A DNA stretch of 64,000 nucleotides from Lingula anatina. Lineage: Eukaryota; Animalia; Brachiopoda. This document shows, one piece after another, positions 36,132-49,655 of this stretch. A model generated the notes under the pieces. That model made no database searches, was not told the origin of the DNA, and worked only from the letters and a program-made list of their open reading frames with translations. Made by a program: the position numbers and the translations under genes. Location: NCBI GenBank assembly GCA_051362555.1, contig CM120643.1:19348848-19412847 (forward strand). Direction: 5' to 3'. Positions within the stretch are counted from its first letter, which is position 1. Every line of letters begins with the position of its first letter.

Positions 36132-39100
36132 TGGTGTGTGTGTGTGAGTGGGCATGTGTGTGTGAGTGGCAGAGGGGGTGGAATATGTAATCCTGCCACC
36201 CCTTCTTAATATTTTGTAATTTTGAATCAAACATGGAGAAAGTACTAGTAAGCAACTATATACATGTACCTAAGCTCAGTGTTGGCACTGTTCTGATAAA
36301 GTGTCTCTCTTTTCAGTAAAACCATGGTGCATTCAGTCTTAAATGTATTAAAAGTGACTAACAAATTCAGGACACAGCACTGCTTTGTGAACTTCTGCTT
36401 TACTTGTTTTCTTACGAGAGGTTGACCTAGTGCTGATGAAAAACACAATTTAAATTTAGCATCGAGAGAAAGATGAAGAGAGAAAGAACAGGGGGTTATA
36501 AGTTTCCAGACTGGGTGCAAAGATTATGCCAGCAACCTCAGTCTAGTCTGTATGTAAATGTGATGCAATAACAGATGTGGAGGGAAAATAAACAAGCCAA
36601 TAAAAAACAAATGATTGCGAGGTGAACCATGTGCATGTGCCAGATTGTCCAACGAAAAGGTTCAACAGAGAAAGGATGAGACGCTACCTGGTACATGTAC
36701 AATAACAATCCTAGATAATGAATAAACATAAATTGTGTACATAATGTAACATCAACAAAGTATATCTACCCTGGGTAATTAGAGAAAGATGTTACAATGG
36801 AGTTTTTTTGTTAAAGGATGCCAAGGTCAAATTCAAGTGATAAACTTACGTTTTCAGCATTTTTGTGTACCATGTTTACCTTCTTAATAGTATAAATTCA
36901 TGTCCGTTCTTTGCTTGTCTTTGAATGCACACAAGTCAAGGTTGTATCATTAAAACATTGAGATTAATCCAGATTTACTTACTAGTATATTTTGTTTACT
37001 TTAAATTTTTTTTTTCGTCCTAACACAAATGGAACTCACTTTAACACTTGTTGGGAAGTATATAAATTCAGTTTTGCAAGTTAAATTAATGGAAAAGAGT
37101 GAACACTTTGTCTTAAATAAGTTTTCAAAAATTCACTTCCTAACAGTGTAATGAAATTTTTAAAAGACTAAGCTGAAGAAATGACAATTTAGCTTGGGCA
37201 ATAGGTATTAGGGTGTGGAACCAGATGCTTTAAAAGCAGATATATATTCAATAAACATGTTTAATTCAGCTACTTCAACTGACAAATGACGCAATGGGTT
37301 ACTCTGTCTTAGGTCACTGTGACCTTCATCATGTACAGAGCTCAACATATCATACTAGTATTAGATAAAGCATACAGAAAAAATCACCCGTATCATGATG
37401 TACTATCACATGATGTCTATTAAAAAGTAGTGCCTTGAAACCTTGACACCAATTTTCCATCTCGGCCTGGCCTTGAAATAAACGCTATCTGGTTGGCAAC
37501 ATGCCTACAGTAATGCCTATCATAGACATATACACGTATATTAATTATTCAATAATTCATTGAAATTTTCATCAGCAAGAATATTGTTTTGCCTCTAATT
37601 ACCACAAAAATTAAACTCTAGAAAAAAAACTACCCTCATCTCTCTGAAGATGCACAGCTAAAAGCCTTGTGTATGAGTAACGTCCAATTAGTTCTAATTT
37701 TTGTTTCTGAAACTGTGATTAGAAAATAGTTCAAGACAGACAAACCTACATGGAGATATTCAGGGCCTGGATAAAAAAGTGCCTCTCCCATCAACTCACT
37801 CTTGAAGGGTTGTTAACATTTCTCAATGGTACCCTAGGCAGTTAGACTAATAATAGTGCAGGATCTATGTTAGAGGAGTATGGAAAGATGGAGATCAAGG
37901 TTGCTTATTAGAGATTTATTGTAACAAAACTCAACTTTGTCTCACTGTCACTATATTTGGCACTGTCCGTGTGACTGTCACTCAGTTAGACACTATCAGT
38001 GTCACTGTCATCCTACTTGGCACTGTTGGTGTCACTGTCACTCCAGTTGGCACTGTCATTTTCAATCTCACTCTTGATGCTGACGGTCTCTGTCACTTTA
38101 CTCGATGCTGACAGTGTCAATGTCACTCTACTTGGTGCTGACAGTGTCTCTGCCACTCCATTAGAAACTGTTGGTGTCACTGCCAATCTACTCCACATTG
38201 TAGGTGTGCTGTCACTCTACTCAGCAATTTCAGTGTCACTCTACTTGACACTATCTGTGTCACCTTCACTCTACTTACCATTGTCAGTGTCGATGTCATT
38301 CTACTTGACATTGTCGGTGTTGCTGTCACTCTACTAGGCGCTATGTCACTGTCACTCTACTCAGCATTGTCAGTGTCACTGTCAATCTACTTGACACTGT
38401 CAGTGTTGTTGTCATTCCACCCAGCACTGTCAATGTCACTACCACGTACTCTACTTGTAAATGTCAGTGTTGCTGTCACTTTATTTGGCACTATCACTCA
38501 GCAGTGTCAGTGTCGCTGATATAACCTGAACTGGCAATACAACTGATGCCATATTTAATCTCTGACTCTGAGAAAAAATGGCATTGGATTACTAGTAATT
38601 AAAAAAACATTCAAATAGGTTAAAAAAATCATATTTGACACTTGAATATAGAGCTTGACTTTACAAATCTAATTTTCATTTTAAAGAGTTGGCTAGTTTT
38701 TTTTTTTTTTTTTTTTTTTTTTTTCAAAAATATATATAGCACAGTCTGTGATATCTCACATGGCATCTGGTTTTACATTACAGCTGGTGCAAAAAAAAAA
38801 AAAAATTCCAACATCATTTTTGGTCTGAAGTCAGTCTGACATTTCAGTCAGTGATCCTGTTGGTGCCACTCTGATACGTGGCACAACATTAATTTCCTGT
38901 CTCAGATACATTAAATTAACCCAATATTCATAACATTAGATTAATTGTCATGTTTACTTCACAAACTTTAGCAGCTGACAATTTTGGGCCCCTTCATTTT
39001 CAAATTACTGCATCAACATTTGCCTGGATAACCTTGATAAGTTTATATATACACACTTATTCTGTCCTATTCTTCCAATACTTTGAAAAAGTTAAAGATG

Positions 39101-40720
39101 TAAACTATTTAGAAAGTGGAAATTTTTGTTCCATATATACAATTGAAAAACAACTTCAGTCTCAAAATGACTGTACATACATAGAATGTTTCAGTACCTT
39201 GTTTCAGATTGTAGTAGGTGTGACAGAGGATGTGACAGTGAATGTGACAAGGCTGGGACTCTAAGTGCAGTTTTACGTAACCTCTATTTTACATAACCTC
39301 ATTATCTAAACTGATCACTCACCTATATCTAGGTCACACTAACACACACTTTGGCCTCTATTCTAAAGCAAGTTATAATGCTAATTAGATGTTCATAGTT
39401 TTCTCTCCAAAAAAAAAAAAGAAATACCACACAATTTAAACGTTTTCAATTAATTTCATCAATGACATATACTACAGATGTACTTGTGGTACCCAGTCCC
39501 TTCCCCCCACCATCCAATTATTTTAACTTCAGTGTGGTCCATTTTGATAAAATGGTTGAGGTATGGAATGGACTTTCTCAGGTACCTCATTACAGGGGTG
39601 GATCCAGAGATATTTTCTGACAGTCTTCCAAATTATGTTTGTTGATCCATCCTACATTTTTGACCATCTTCAGACAGAAATAATTAGATACCCATCAATG
39701 TAAACTTGAAAATCTGACCATCTTCCGGAAGACCCAGAAGACAGCCTCAATCCACCCCTGCATTGTATGATCCCTGGAAAGAGGCTTCTATTATTTTGCA
39801 AAATGAATCCCCCCCCCCCCCCCCCCAACCAACAGATCATTCTTACTACAGTGGACTCCACATAACTCTGTAATTATTGTTTATTATGAAAAACTCTTGT
39901 GGAGTGCATTTTCCCCCAAAATCAATATTAACTCAGCCTAAGGTAAATCTTTGCAGACTTGAGCAAATTTCCTTGTCCGAAAATGTCCAGGTTATGTGGA
40001 ATCCACTTTATGTCCTTGCTCTACTCAATGTCCATGAGGTGAAGTTCTACCCATAGACATTAGAGAACCAGGTCGCAGGCTTGTACTGATATACCTGTCT
40101 TTTAATTATTTCTAAATTTTTCTGAGCTTTCCCAATAAGTTCCTGTATTTTTTCTGGGTTTGTCTCCGTTTTATTGTCTTTGAATGCATCCTTGGTCCTC
40201 CTCAGTGCATACAGCCTAGAATTAAAGTAGTTTTTCTTATTAAAGATATATTGCAATTGTTTGTGTCTGCATATGACTAAAGTCATATGTTAAATATCAA
40301 ACAAAACTGCTTGATCTTACTAATACTCAGACCTTATCTAGGGCTTACATAAAAGTACCCGATGTTGATATTCAAGATTTTTCCTTCTGAAGTGTTCATT
40401 AAGACTTGGCTTTCTATAAGCCCCAAAGCATACCATATTAGGGAAAAAATAACATTACATTTAATTCTACTTATAAGCCTGGTAAAAGCACCTCTGCCCC
40501 CCCCCCCCCCCCTCCCCTCCACCCTGTCCCACACATTGCAATCGAAAAAGTCATGGAACAACGACACCGGGCCAATTATCGACGGGATTTAAAGCAAGAA
40601 ATACAAAGAACAAAAGTTTAATTCACTGTCACAATTGTACCTGTAATTGTAAGCTGGGAATTTCGCACTTTCACGCAATAATTGCTTATACAATCCTAAA
40701 ACCATGCGTCTCGTCTCCAT
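35243..40720 (-). CDS. LYRM4: LYR motif-containing protein 4 (ISD11), 3 coding exons, 93 aa
   Basis: Exons 40720-40641 (METRRMVLGLYKQLLRESAKFPAYNY), 40215-40095 (RLYALRRTKDAFKDNK...AQKNLEIIKRQ) and 35323-35243 (VTIERLYTDMKLVIEKPKPSSHGSQS*); phases consistent; AATAAA on the minus strand at ~34742-34747. Confidence 0.93.
35435..35475. repeat. (TA)n microsatellite
   Basis: Direct inspection. Confidence 0.95.
35531..35754. mobile_element. PIF/Harbinger-like (Tourist-type) MITE with ~65-bp TIRs and TAA TSD
   Basis: Left ccgttcacatg...tattttctattcgcggtatcttgtgatcac mirrors right gtgatcacaagataccgcgaatagaaaata...catgtgaacggtccc; flanked by TAA at 35528-35530 and 35755-35757. Confidence 0.85.
36081..36165. 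repeat. (GT)n(GA)n compound microsatellite
   Basis: Direct inspection. Confidence 0.9.
37311..37325. promoter_or_regulatory. Perfect ERE-type palindrome in LYRM4 intron 2
   Basis: AGGTCActgTGACCT. Confidence 0.3.
37940..38518. repeat. Degenerate ~30-bp minisatellite (~19 units) in LYRM4 intron 2
   Basis: Consensus approximately cactgtcagtgtcactgtcactctacttgg. Confidence 0.85.
39593..39760. mobile_element. hAT-like MITE, CpG-decayed copy (inverted relative to 58826-58994)
   Basis: TIRs caggggtggat...atccacccctg; flanks catta/cattg; alignable end to end with the reverse complement of 58826-58994. Confidence 0.85.
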
Positions 40721-40914
40721 TCTACTATACTCCAAAACTGATGACATCACCGCTAAACTAATGACGTTTTACACAAGCAAGTATTGCACTCTCGGATGCA
40801 ATCCTCGTGTGTGAAAATTGTACATCATTTAAAGTGAAATTTCTGCGGAAGTTGGCAATCGGTTTCGGATAGTAGTATAATAAAAGGGTAACTGAGGAAA
40901 AGAATCACATTCCG
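40721..40914. promoter_or_regulatory. Bidirectional promoter between LYRM4 and eIF6
   Basis: Divergent ATGs separated by only 194 bp; contains an ETS-like CGGAAGT and TGACGT. Confidence 0.75.
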
Positions 40915-41752
40915 ATGGCCGTTCGCGTGCAGTTTGAAGGAAATAACGAGATCGGTGTGTTCTCAAAACTTACAAATGCCTACTGTTTGGTAGCAATCGG
41001 TGGTGCTGAAAATTTTTACAGGTACTTGTGACTTTGTTTGCTGATTGATTTTGGTGGTTTGATTATGCGAAATTTAACTTCTCTCTCTCTTTCTCTCTCT
41101 CTCTCCGCACACACACACCATCTTTCCTTTCCCACTGGTAATTAAGTATCGAGCATGGTAAGGCCTCGCGCTGAGACAGCTGTCTCTACTTTTGTACTAG
41201 TACGTTATCTAGATATTATTTTCATTGTCTGTTTTCAGTGTGTTTGAGGGTGAGCTGTCTGACACAATTCCAGTGGTTCACACATCTATAGCAGGATGTA
41301 GAATTATTGGCCGCTTGACAGTTGGTAAGATTGTGTCACTGTTACAGTAGTGGAATCTTTAGAACAATAATTAAAAATGCAGCTCTTAAAAAAGTCTGTT
41401 TTGTTGTGTATGATAAAAAGAAAGCACATGTACATGTAACCATAGGATAGTGATGGCCATTGCATCTTTGTGAATTCAGTGAATATGTCTTTTTCGATCA
41501 TCACAGTCCATACTGGAGTATATAATATGGAAATAATATGTTTCCTTCTCTTTCTTTTCTCCTCAGGTAACAGACATGGTCTCTTGGTCCCCAATACTAC
41601 AACAGACCAGGAGTTACAGCACATTCGTAATGCTCTCCCAGACTCTGTGAAAATCCAGCGTGTGGAGGAGAGGCTGTCAGCACTGGGGAATGTCATTGCT
41701 TGTAATGACTATGTGGCTCTGGTACACCCAGATCTAGACAAGGTAGATAACA

Positions 41753-41843
<91 letters not shown>

Positions 41844-43522
41844 TGAGAAAGAGAGAAAGAGAAAGGCTAAGACAGGCTAAGGGGAGGGGGTTGAAACTCT
41901 AGGTTCACTGTAGGAATTTCTATCTTGAACCCAGTAGTAATTTGAGTTTGTGGCCTAAATTACTGAATGGATAAGTCACTGTTAAATATGTTAGCATAGC
42001 CTTATAAAATATAGTGAAAGTATTTTCATATTTTCTTGGAGAGTGAATATTCCATGCATACTACACATTTTTCCACTTTATCACTAATTTGAATAAGTTT
42101 ATAATGTACATCTTCTCTTCACTATTCCAGGAAACAGAGCAGATTCTTGAAGACGTCCTTAAAGTTGAAGTATTCCGTCAGACAGTGGCAGACAATGTAC
42201 TTGTTGGCAGCTATTGCACCATAACTAACCAAGGGGGGCTGGTGAGTAAGAGAAAAAAATTAATTTCATCAATCCAGGTAGATTAAAAAAAAAAAGAATA
42301 CAAAGTAAAACCTCGTGAACTATGGATAAATTATGAAACTGCTGCTATTCCTATGGTTTGATAATTGGTCATCTCTAAGGTGTCAGTACGAATGAGACTA
42401 TTATAGTGATATAAAGAAGAACTGAAAACTTCACTTTTATTAAATGTTTTGGGAGGTGATAAATCATAAAAACCTTTTATACTAGGTGATGAAAGTTTGA
42501 AAATGGATATATATATATAATGTGCAGTATGTAATGCATTTTTGTTTTTGTGGAGGGTTAGTAAGATCTTTGAAAATATGAAGAAAGAGAAAATAAAGAA
42601 ATTCGAGCAAAACTCTTATCTTTTCACACATATATAATTTCTAGGTTCACCCCAAAACCACAGTGGAAGACCAAGATGAGCTGTCTTCACTGTTGCAGGT
42701 GCCCCTAGTGGTAGGTATAGACTATTGTCTCAATCTGGAGAAATGTCCAAACCTTTCCCTTCCTCCTCTATCAGCTGTAGATGATCTGACGGGTACCCAA
42801 GTGCTTGCAGCTTGTCTCCTCCAATCTGTCTTTAACATAATTTCTTAACAGGCAGTGACTAAGGAATTTTGCCAAGGCTTAATGAGACATTTTGCTTCAT
42901 ATTGAAAGAATTGCATATACTTAACATGTTTTTTCCCCAAATCTGTAATGGTAGAATTTTGTTTGTAACTTCAGGCAGGCACAGTAAACAGAGGAAGTGA
43001 TGTCATAGCTGCTGGCGTAGTGGCCAACGATTGGCTAGCTTTTTGTGGATTGGATACCACTGCAACAGAACTGTCAGTCATTGAGAGTGTGTTCAAGATT
43101 GGAGATGCACAGCCCAGTAATATTACCACAGAAATGAGGGACTCTTTAGTTGACAGGTAACACAAGCAAATGCCAACACCTATTCTCAGAAATAATTAAG
43201 CCAAACTGCAAATTAAAGTACGTTTGCATGTTTTGTCAAAACATAAAAGGAAGAAATGCACATTAAAGAATTTATCATACAAAATGCACAACTAATAAAG
43301 AGAAGAAGGCCATATTAAGGAATTTGTTGTACAAAATTCTCAACTATTAGAATGGCATGAGATACATATGGGGGAAAACGTACAAGTTTACAACTCCAAA
43401 GGTATTTATATCCTTCTGGAGTTTGTTGTTGTCGTTTGCTCTCCCCTCAGTTTGCTTAACTATGAATGTTTAGATTTAGACACATTCTTAAACTTTCTTC
43501 TTCTCGTTCCAGCATGACGTAA
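40915..43522 (+). CDS. EIF6: Eukaryotic translation initiation factor 6, 7 coding exons, 245 aa
   Basis: Exons 40915-41021, 41239-41324, 41567-41742, 42131-42241, 42645-42710, 42975-43156, 43513-43522 sum to 738 nt; [26 protein letters not shown]...[22 protein letters not shown]...[14 protein letters not shown]...[14 protein letters not shown]. Confidence 0.97.
41759..41839. repeat. (GT)n(GA)n compound microsatellite
   Basis: Direct inspection. Confidence 0.95.
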
Positions 43523-45480
43523 AAAGCTGTTTGAGCCAGTGCGAGTGACATTCTAGAAAGCCGACTTTTGAGACAAATTTACTTTACTTTACAAAGGAGA
43601 TAAACTTGGTGAAGGACTCTTATAGAGAGAAGTGATTGTCCATTATAAAGACTACAGATGAATTAGCATTGAATGTTGCACACTGCAGCAAAACTACTGC
43701 TAGTTATTTATGCTGGAATAGTGCAACTAAAAAACTAAAACTCTTTAAATGTTGTGGAGTTGAATGACGTTCTTGTGCAGAGAACCTCACTAGTGAAACA
43801 CTATCAAGTAATTGCCACTAGGTTCTGAATCACCCAGACCCATTGGTGTCGAATCCAACTGACTGTATTTCATCCAGGTTCTTAAAGTAGTTATGCTACT
43901 CTTGTAGACTCAATGCCAGTATAAAGTTGGTTTGTAGAATTCTTTCAGAAAATGAAGTGTAGACCATCTCAACTGTTGTATTGGGGATGTTGCAAATATT
44001 TTGCCATTGTTCAGTAAAGTTCTTCAGGAAATGAAGTGACGGGTTATAATAATATTGCAGCTGATAAAGGCTATTGGATAGGTCTGTCTGTTTGAATTAT
44101 TTCTCCAAGTATGGAGAATTTCCCTTATACTAAAGGAAATACAGCTTTATAATAAAAAGGATTAAAAACGAACTATGTTTGATTATGTGTGTGAATAACA
44201 GATACTAGTGAATTATGTTTCATTCAACCCATTTTAATGACATTGATTATACAGATTCATGTAATTTTTTTTCATTTATGCCAATAATTTAGAGAGTGAA
44301 TAAAACAAAAAATGCCAATTACAATAAAGTGAATATGTTGAAGAAGTAAAAAATTAAGACTACTTTTCTTCAGACAGTTGTTTTGAGTTTTAATTACTGT
44401 TTCTTCTGTAAGGTTCTTTAAACTTAAATTTGTAGATAAAAATCTTAATTTACATCAGAAGTACATATATCAACAAATGATTTTTAAACGTAAAAATTAA
44501 TTAAAACTGAGTTTATCATGTCTTCTGTACAGTAAAGAAAAGACTACTACAAGAAAAAACTTAAATCCACAAATAATCCAAAACTAATACACTTATACAC
44601 AAAATGGTCCATATCAAATGACAGTAAAGGTGGACGGATGAAATGAATTGCGTGCCCACATATGCCAAGCACACAGCCTTCAGTTTCTTTTTTTAACACT
44701 GACTAAGTACTAGACCAGCTAAATCTTTGTCTCAAAGCAGAGCTGAAGTCAAAAAAACATAAGTTCATCATTATATATCTCATATTATAAAAATGACCAT
44801 TGTCTTATTTCAACAGACTGCTGAAGAAACATCCAGGATCACAAGTTCTGTGAAGTTTGACCCAGAATATAAAATGATATACAATAAGTACCTGACTAAT
44901 AACAACTTCACATGATTTCAAGGTCAACTGTGTGAACACTATTATATAATTTACTATATAAATACCAACACAAAAAAGATATAAGTGGATTTTACAGAAG
45001 GAATTGTACTGTCACATCTACAGAACAAGCTAGTAACTAATTCACTGTACCTTTTTTTTTTTTTTATTTACTAATCTATTTCCATTAAAACAACTATCTT
45101 GCACAAGACATTCATTCTTACTGAACTAAAGCTACATCAATTCAAGCTTACATTATTCATTTCATACAAACTATTCTTTCAAGAGAAAAAGACATCTGTA
45201 ATTAACAAAAATGATTGTACAGTCACAGTTTTATATACTTGCTATGTCATGATCATTTGCCACTCCTGTTTATCAACAAATGAGTATATGGTGTTCATAA
45301 ATATTCACTTTAATTAGAAACCAGGTCTTGATTCACAAAAATTCAACTCTCAGGTCTTACTGGCTGCAGAAATCAGACTTCTCTTCATCTACCATGAAAT
45401 ATCAGATTGCATAAAATGTGAATGGAAATAAAGTGTGGGGCAGGGGAGCCCAGAAAGGATAAAAGACTAAGAAGATGGAT

Positions 45481-45628
45481 CAGTGCTCCGTAACTCGAAA
45501 CCATCGCAAATTGCCACCTAGCGCAAGCATCTCTATTCCATAACTTGGGGATTTCCTCGCCCCATATAATAGCCTGGAAATAAAAGGTGATATCGCTATT
45601 TGCGATGCTTTCTAGTTATGGAGCCCAG
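45481..45628. mobile_element. Short MITE-like element with imperfect ~30-bp TIRs (CAG-ended, hAT-like)
   Basis: cagtgctccgtaactcgaaaccatcgcaaat ... atttgcgatgctttctagttatggagcccag; no clear TSD. Confidence 0.65.
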
Positions 45629-46565
45629 TATTGCACCGCATAATTACAAAAACCAGCATTTCAATCAGGAACTTTACAATGCTCTCAAACCCTGCCCTGT
45701 GTTATCAGGTATCAAATGTTCTTTTATCACAATCTAATATTTTTATAATACACAAACTATTGTTTTATAAAATTATAAGATTAGTTTGTGACAAAAAAAA
45801 AACATCTGATATCAAATGAACATTACCAAACTGAAGGACCTTATTCTACATCCAATGTATATCTCAGCTCAATGTAAAAATAAAACCTGTCCAAGTTCTG
45901 ATATAATGATGGGATCGATATGCACAATTTTTTACCCTGTGTGCATCAGGCACTCCTAATTTGGAATAAATGAACTTCTAATGTTTTTGGGCATGGAATG
46001 TTTTCTATCTACTAGTACAAGTAAAGGTCTTTTCTCGTGTTCATGTAGGTGAACTATAAATAGAAGTCATATCCTGCTCTGCCCACCCCCAAATAGGCTC
46101 TTTTTTGTCTACTGTAAGAAAAACATGATTCACACTGCCATAAAAAATTTTGCATAAGACAAAACTCCTTGACTTAAATATATAGGAATTATTTGTCAAT
46201 CTAACATGATTCGGTAAACATTTGTTAATTGACAAGAACACAAAATATGCTGAACTTACCAAATATGACTGATTGAAGTGTGACTAAGCAAATGAGTGAG
46301 AATGGACATGACTAGTGTGTGACTTATCTTAAATTTCTCAACTTTGTTTTCAGACTAGTTTTCTTACAAAATTTCTGATATTTAACTATTTGTCTGCTTT
46401 CATATCTTAGAATAGTATTTTGATATGTTATGATTTCAAATTTTTATGCTTTCACATATTGTAATCCCATTGCAATATATTCACATTTCCTGTCTTCACA
46501 TTTCAGGATTTTCACATTTACATCTTCATATTGCAGTGTCCTCAAGTGCTTCTTTGTTTCACATT

Positions 46566-47176
46566 TCAGTGTCTGCCACAGACCCATTTTAGGTCCTGGT
46601 CTGTCTTTACATCTTTGACTTCTGACACATTTCTCCATTTACACTGGCAAGCATAGGCTCGCATACCTGAAAAAATATATAAAAATATAAAATTATATTA
46701 CTGATGAAAGAATATTTAACTTCCAGTGTAATGCATATTTCCAATCATGACTTTTCAAGAAACCTTGGGCAAAGAAAGCAATAAAAAACAGCATATCAAT
46801 GCAGATTTAATTAAATAATTTAATTAAAATACTTCAAATCTATAGAAATACTCATTTTTTCCAATGTGAATTTTATTTTAGGTAGAATAACCTTATTAAA
46901 AAATAAATAAATGTCTTTGTGGAGATAAATTGTTCAATTTTTTTAAAGGTAAAACTGTCATTAACTTTTCACTGAAACCTACCATTCTTTGGATCAAGCT
47001 GTTTTTGTAGTTTTTTGAAATCAGGAACATTATTGCGGAGAAATAAATAATCCGTGGAAGCTGCCCACTGGAAGTTATCAAACGTTACTATCTTGAAATC
47101 ACAGTCTGTGCACCTTAGTTTATCACAGGATCTGAAAAGAAAATATTGAAATAAATATGAAGTTTTGGCACATATA

Positions 47177-47264
<88 letters not shown>

Positions 47265-49141
47265 AAGCAGTTGGTAGAGGTAAAACGGTACAAAATAAGG
47301 TTCAACAAGCTGGTAAAAAAAAATAAAAAGAACCCCACCTTTTATTCATTGTACTGGCCATCCCTTGCGCACAAGTACTGTTTCCCAGATAGACAGGATA
47401 GCATCTGAAAAAGAAAAAAAAACTATCTGATACAAGTTATCATTTGAGCAAAATAAATATTCAAAATAAGATTACAGACAAGAAAATCAAGAGCTGCAAC
47501 ATTTCTAAATGTTTAAAGGCTATAAAAAACATTGCAAAAATTGTCTACAAATATTATTAACTTGTGCTGGGTAAATAATATTATTTTTCTAAAGCATTCC
47601 TTGCTTTACCTTTTTTGGGCAGAAGTAACAACTCTCTCCACTGGTCCTGTCTCTAGCTTGTCCTGCAAGAAAAACAGGAGCTAAAATTAGTGAAATCTAA
47701 TGGGGATTAAATCAATTACTAAGTAGGTAAACATCTAACTGTCATTTAAATGCAATGACAGAATTTAAGAAAAAAAATTGCATCAAAACTGAGCTATACA
47801 GTTTCATAATTTTAATCAATTTTTCAAATTGATGTATGGTCACATTTAGTTAAAAACCTTTCAAAGTCTAACTACTTAATTCATGTAAATGTCACTCAGT
47901 GTCAAGATTTTTTCTCAACATAAATACTATAAATGCCAAATTGGTGGCATGTTAATTAAGAATTCATCCTCAGGATTTTTAAAACGATCAGTCCAAAACC
48001 AATAATCCGTAAGTTATAAAACATCCCACTATATAACTAGTAAGTGGGCAAGCCAAATGAATTTTAAAAAAGATAGAAAAATATAAGTTCGGTCTGCAGA
48101 CATTTGCAGCTTGTTATCATGTTGTGCAAAACTCTTACTAGTGGCTCTGGGACATCACATATATCACTTATCATGTCATCCAGATCTTCATCTCCGGGTT
48201 TTCTACAAGTAAAGAAATAAACAAAATTAAGCCCAAAATATTTTATCATTTCAACCAAACAATGAGCCATTTGACTGTAGCAAAAAACTGATGCACGCAT
48301 TTTGCAATGCACATTTTTCCTAACTAAAACACAACTTAGAACATTACCAAGACATCAAAATCAAATATATATATATATATATTTGCTACCAGAGATATAT
48401 TTTCCGACCATCACGTAAGAGGAACTAAGTTGTAGTAAGTCTAACAGTACTATGGCAACCACAACAACGTTATCAAGCTAATCTGAAGGGTCAAACATGC
48501 TAAATGGCTTAATTAATTGATCAATACCCTAAGATTTGAAATCAGTGATGCTGCTTTACTGAAGGCTAGCTGCTTTATTGATTGGTAATATGCAGAGAGC
48601 TTAAGTGCAGTGGTGCACGGGTACGCAGTGTTCATATTAATGATCACAAATAATCAATTGCATGTTTTCCTATCTAGGGCCTTTGGAGCATTCAAACAGA
48701 ACATATTTCTTTGTTTTTAGTAACTACTGTTTTTGTACGGGTGTGTTGGAAAAGATACACCATAGTCATCATATTTTCTTGGGCCCCCCTTCCCTCTTTC
48801 ACCCCACCCCACCAACCAACCAGTAAACTAACATGTTTTATTTCCACATGGTCATGCAGGTAAATTTCAGGGACATGAGCCTTATACTAATACAACTAAT
48901 TAAATATAACTACGATTGGTCCGTACTGACTTTCCGGATCGTGTTAAAGAATTAATTGATTACATATCATCTTATCGATAACCTATATACTTGTGTGAAT
49001 ATGATTAATAAATTATCACCTGGACCTGGCCGGCGGTTTGGAAACCTTAACATTCGTAATCTTCTTGGCGTCTTTTCTAGGGCTGCTAGCTATGAATTTG
49101 GACTCCACTTCGTCCAGAAGATCATCTATGTCGTCCGCCAT
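46566..49141 (-). CDS. CFAP418: Cilia- and flagella-associated protein 418 (C8orf37 homolog), 6 exons, 184 aa
   Basis: Exons 49141-49020, 48202-48139, 47662-47610, 47404-47339, 47131-46983, 46666-46566 (555 nt): [16 protein letters not shown]...CYPVYLG...[21 protein letters not shown]...[12 protein letters not shown]...[10 protein letters not shown]...LKWVCGRH*. Confidence 0.93.
47180..47260. repeat. (GT)n(GA)n compound microsatellite
   Basis: Direct inspection. Confidence 0.95.
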
Positions 49142-49500
49142 TGTTACAAAATCATTATGCACCTCCGGATTCGCTTAATGTAGTGTCGGGAAGATAGTGT
49201 TTTGGAATCTCCTAGGCGCTAATCATGCAAACATAACGCACATGCGCGAAAATGGGCAAGGAATCAGCACCGATGTTTACTCAAGCTTTGTTGCCAACTA
49301 CAGGCCAACCCTCGACTCCTGCGGGTTTTGTTGAGCGAGTAGCAGTATCACAGTATACCTAATTTATTCTTGCATTAGTTTATACTTTTCTGTCATGCAT
49401 GCGCATGTATACGACACTTAGCATTTATGTGTTCTTACACAGTTTGATGGGCAAATATTTAAAGCGATCATAATTCTGAAATCTGTGCTTGTTATCGAAC

Positions 49501-49547
49501 CATGTGACCTTCATAGACGGCTATACTTTGTAATAATCTCCTAAGAG

Positions 49548-49578
<31 letters not shown>

Positions 49579-49655
49579 CGGGGCAAACTTTGAATGTAGA
49601 AATGGATTAATTCATTCATTGCTTAGTATGGGAATGAACAGTTGTTTTCCTTTTA
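49501..49655 (+). repeat. Dispersed repeat, copy 2 (related to ~15972-16165)
   Basis: Same shared blocks around a poly-A tract. Confidence 0.7.

Noticed and set aside
37999-38337. Hydrophobic 112-aa ORF on the + strand
   Set aside because: Translation of the 30-bp minisatellite; no splice or homology support.
37940-38518. CRISPR-like array
   Set aside because: Contiguous degenerate units with no unique spacers, in a eukaryotic intron.
42486-42600. Box C (GTGATGA) of an intronic snoRNA in eIF6
   Set aside because: No box D (CTGA) or terminal stem at a suitable distance; no convincing C/D snoRNA was seen in eIF6 or BOP1 introns by eye.
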